A DNA stretch of 23,273 bases from an uncultured delta proteobacterium. GTDB lineage: Bacteria > Desulfobacterota > RBG-13-43-22. Location of the stretch: assembly GCA_963802945.1 (NCBI GenBank), contig CAWDKY010000051.1, positions 1-23,273 on the forward strand, given 5' to 3'. This document shows positions 19,696-23,273 of this stretch, piece after piece; position 1 is the stretch's first letter, and the number at the start of each line of letters is the position of its first letter. The position numbers and the translations under genes were made by a program. Below the pieces are notes generated by a model. It saw only the letters and a list, made by a program, of their open reading frames with translations, had not been told where the DNA came from and ran no database searches.

Positions 19696-22009
19696 TTAAG
19701 GACTAACTTTTCTGGTAGCTCTTAATATTTCACCCTCATCCTTTGTTTTCCCTACAAACAAAGCGTCCAAGGCCTTGACCCCCTGACCTTTGGGAAGGAC
19801 CACTAGAGGATTGATATCAATGCCTTCAAAATATTGTCCGATCTCGGCGATTAAAAGGGAAAAATTAACCGTGGCTTGAACCAAGGCATCCATGTCGCCT
19901 GGTGGTTTTCCTCGCACCCCATCCATCATAGCCGATCCCCGCAATGAACGCCAGAGTTGTTCGGCCTGAAAGGCCGTTATCGGCGGCTTGGCAAAGACAA
20001 CGTCCTTCAAGACTTCGACCAGGATTCCGCCTAAACCGAGGACCAGCAACGGTCCAAAATGAGGATCGTTTACCATACCGAGGAGGACCTCAATGCCCTT
20101 ATCGATCATTTCCTGTACCAAAAAACAGTCCTTATGGTTCGGATTGTTTACAGTCGGAAACCGTTTGGATAATAAATCAATCGATTGTTCCAGTTCGTTA
20201 TTGTCACGGATGGAAAGGATCACCCCTCCTCGATCGGTCTTGTGGAGGATTTCGGAGGAAAGGATTTTGAGGGCCACTGGATACCCGATCTCCCCGGCCA
20301 TAGAAAGGGCCTCAGCCTTTGTTTTAGCCACTCCTTCTCGGGTGACGGGGATTTGATGGTCGGTTAGAATTTGTTTGCCGTGATGTTCATCCAAGGGTTC
20401 GCTATGGATAAAGGGGAGCGTTCTTTTCGATTTGTTCGACGACAGAGTTCCGAAAAGGCCTTGTCGGGCTTTCCGTGCAAAACGTCCATATTCTATCAGG
20501 CCGGCCATAACGCCAACGGCCCGTTCCGGATTGCCGAAGACCGGTAAGCTATAGCGACGGGTCATTTCAACGGCCGTTCCGGGAAGGAAGGTAACCAAGA
20601 GGATCGGCTTCTTGTGGAGTTCCATGAGACGTTTTATTTCTTTGACAAAAGAAGCGTCTCTCCAGAGGGCTAGGTCTTTTTTTTTGCAGCCCTTGATTAT
20701 CTCTGTTTTCCCTGGCCCTTTTTTTATTTGAAGTTGTAAGGTCTTTTTTAAAAAACTGAAAAGGAAAAGGAAAAAAGGCCTTGATTTTTTGTTTCAAGAT
20801 CAATTTTTTCCATTTGGAGAGCTGATCCAGAAATTTTTTAACACCGGCCAGCATACCCAGGGCAATAATAGCGTCAATTTCTTCGCTGGCCGAGAGGATT
20901 CTAAGGACTTCGAGATGAGAACGCCGATTGGTTGAACCCACAAGGTCCAGCGGATTTTGACGACTCCAAAATGGAGGAAGCAAAGGATTTAATCGTTCCA
21001 CCAATTGGGGGGACAAGGCTGGAAGGTCCAGACCTTTGAGTGAGGCGGCATCGCTTGTGGCCACGCCCCAGCCTCCTCCCAATGAGACGATCCCTAACCG
21101 ATCGCCTGCCGGGGGATTCAGTAAACTGAAGGCTTTGATCAAATCGATCAATTCCTCAGTGGATTGGGCTTCGATGATCCCCACCTGTTTGAATAAATCG
21201 GAAATCATCTTGGGGGATTGGGCTACCGCCCCGGAATGCGAATGGGCCGCTTGAGATCCGCAGATGGTTTTACCGGCTTTTAAGGCCAGAATAGGTTTGT
21301 GGGGGGTTATTTTTTGGGCTGTTTGAAGAAACCGTTCCCCGTTTCTGATTCCCTCCAGGTAGAGAACAATCAACTTGGAATGATCGTCTCCTCCGAAATA
21401 ATTCAAATAATCTTCCACACCTAAAACGGCTTCGTTGCCAGATCCAACAAACCTGGAAATACCCACTCCTTCTTTTATTGACAATTCCATGATCTGGGAA
21501 CCGATATTCCCTGATTGAGAAATGATATCCACCGAACCGGTTTTAATCTCAATGGGCAAGAAGAGAATTTCCAAACCGGCCGGAGTACTGACTATACCCA
21601 TAGTGTTGGGCCCGGCAATTCGAACCCCTCCGGTCTTGGCCGCCTGGATCAGTTTTTCTTCCAAACGGGCTCCCTCTTCTCCCGCCTCTTTGAAGTTTGA
21701 GGCCACAACCAGGGCATTAGGGATATTAAGACGACCGCATTCTTCAATGAGAGGGATAGTCTGCCTAGCCGGGACGGCCAATACGGCCAAATCAACCTTT
21801 TCAGGAAGAGATTTTAGATCCGGGAAGGCACGCTGTCCCAGAATCAACCGCTCATAGGGATTGATCAGATAAACCGGTCCTGAGAAAGGGGAAACCAGAA
21901 GGGTGGCCGATAAATTAAATCCCCATTTGCCGAGTTGGTTGGAAGCTCCGACTATGGCAACTGCTTTAGGAAAAAATAGACCTTGAAGATTGTTGTTGAT
22001 AGGTTCCAA
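19696..22009 (-). CDS. ADP-forming acetate/acyl-CoA ligase, fused alpha-beta (frameshift ~20655)
   Basis: PKAVAIVGAS, RIAGPNTMG, ISQSGN, GSGNEA, LYLEG, AAHSHSGA (phospho-His), NPLDL; ATP-grasp IGYPVALK, HKTDRGGV, LVQEM, IDINPL. Confidence 0.93.
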
Positions 22010-22159
22010 TAAATTTTTTCTTTTGTTAATAGTTTATTTTTCAACTTGGGTTCTAAGAGAACTGCTTTAGCCGGTGATCCGATATCTCCCCAGGCCTTCG
22101 ATTATTTCATTAACTAGTAATATAGCTGAATTGGAAGAAATTACAATTCAGAAAATAAT

Positions 22160-22188
22160 TTGACAACCTAAAAGAAATCTGTTATAAA
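22160..22188 (+). promoter_or_regulatory. sigma70-type promoter
   Basis: TTGACA-N17-TATAAA with an extended -10 TG. Confidence 0.7.
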
Positions 22189-22200
22189 AATCTATACGTT

Positions 22201-23067
<867 letters not shown>

Positions 23068-23068
<1 letters not shown>

Positions 23069-23273
23069 TGTTTCCTTCAAAACCCAGGATCTTTTTTCTC
23101 CCGGATTGACTGGGCCGATAACACTTATCGAATCACCTACCACCGACCCATCGGGCCTTTGATCCGATCGATTGAGACCATTGGTTTGCAGCACCGGCCT
23201 GTTCTGCAGGAAAAAGAACAAGGTATTTTTTGCATTGTCACCGGATACCGAAGGCTTCGATCTCTCCTGAAAA
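23068..23273 (+). CDS. ParB N-terminal-domain protein, partial (runs off window)
   Basis: TAATG overlap with the previous gene; after an indel it reads RIDWADNTYRITYHRPIGPLIRSIETIGLQHRPVLQEKEQGIFCIVTGYRRLRSL. Confidence 0.75.

Overview
Chromosomal window from an anaerobic Gram-negative bacterium; gene content and repeat style suggest Deltaproteobacteria/Desulfobacterota (inference). Almost every gene is broken by single-base indels, often in homopolymers, which points to an unpolished long-read assembly rather than mass pseudogenisation, so coordinates below are for reconstructed genes. Left to right: an unexplained ~800-bp stretch with a Zn-ribbon ORF; a truncated secreted monoheme (CTTCH) cytochrome/porin-type gene; a minus-strand redox/sulfur-relay cassette (Cys-rich protein, ferredoxin, DsrE-like, TusA) bracketed by two ~90-bp direct repeats and preceded by a cytoplasmic histidine kinase with a Rossmann-type input domain and a single-domain receiver; typA, mtgA and a LonC-type protease; a type IV minor-pilin operon (fimT-pilV-pilW-pilX) led by a c-di-GMP-I riboswitch with both sigma54- and sigma70-type promoter motifs; an MTH1187 protein, an S1-domain protein, a 5'-nucleotidase, a palindromic MITE, an ADP-forming acyl-CoA ligase, a CorC-type protein and the start of a ParB-N protein. 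The best candidate for an undescribed system is the riboswitch-gated pilin operon, which has no adjacent pilY1 but whose PilW and PilX carry their own accessory domains.
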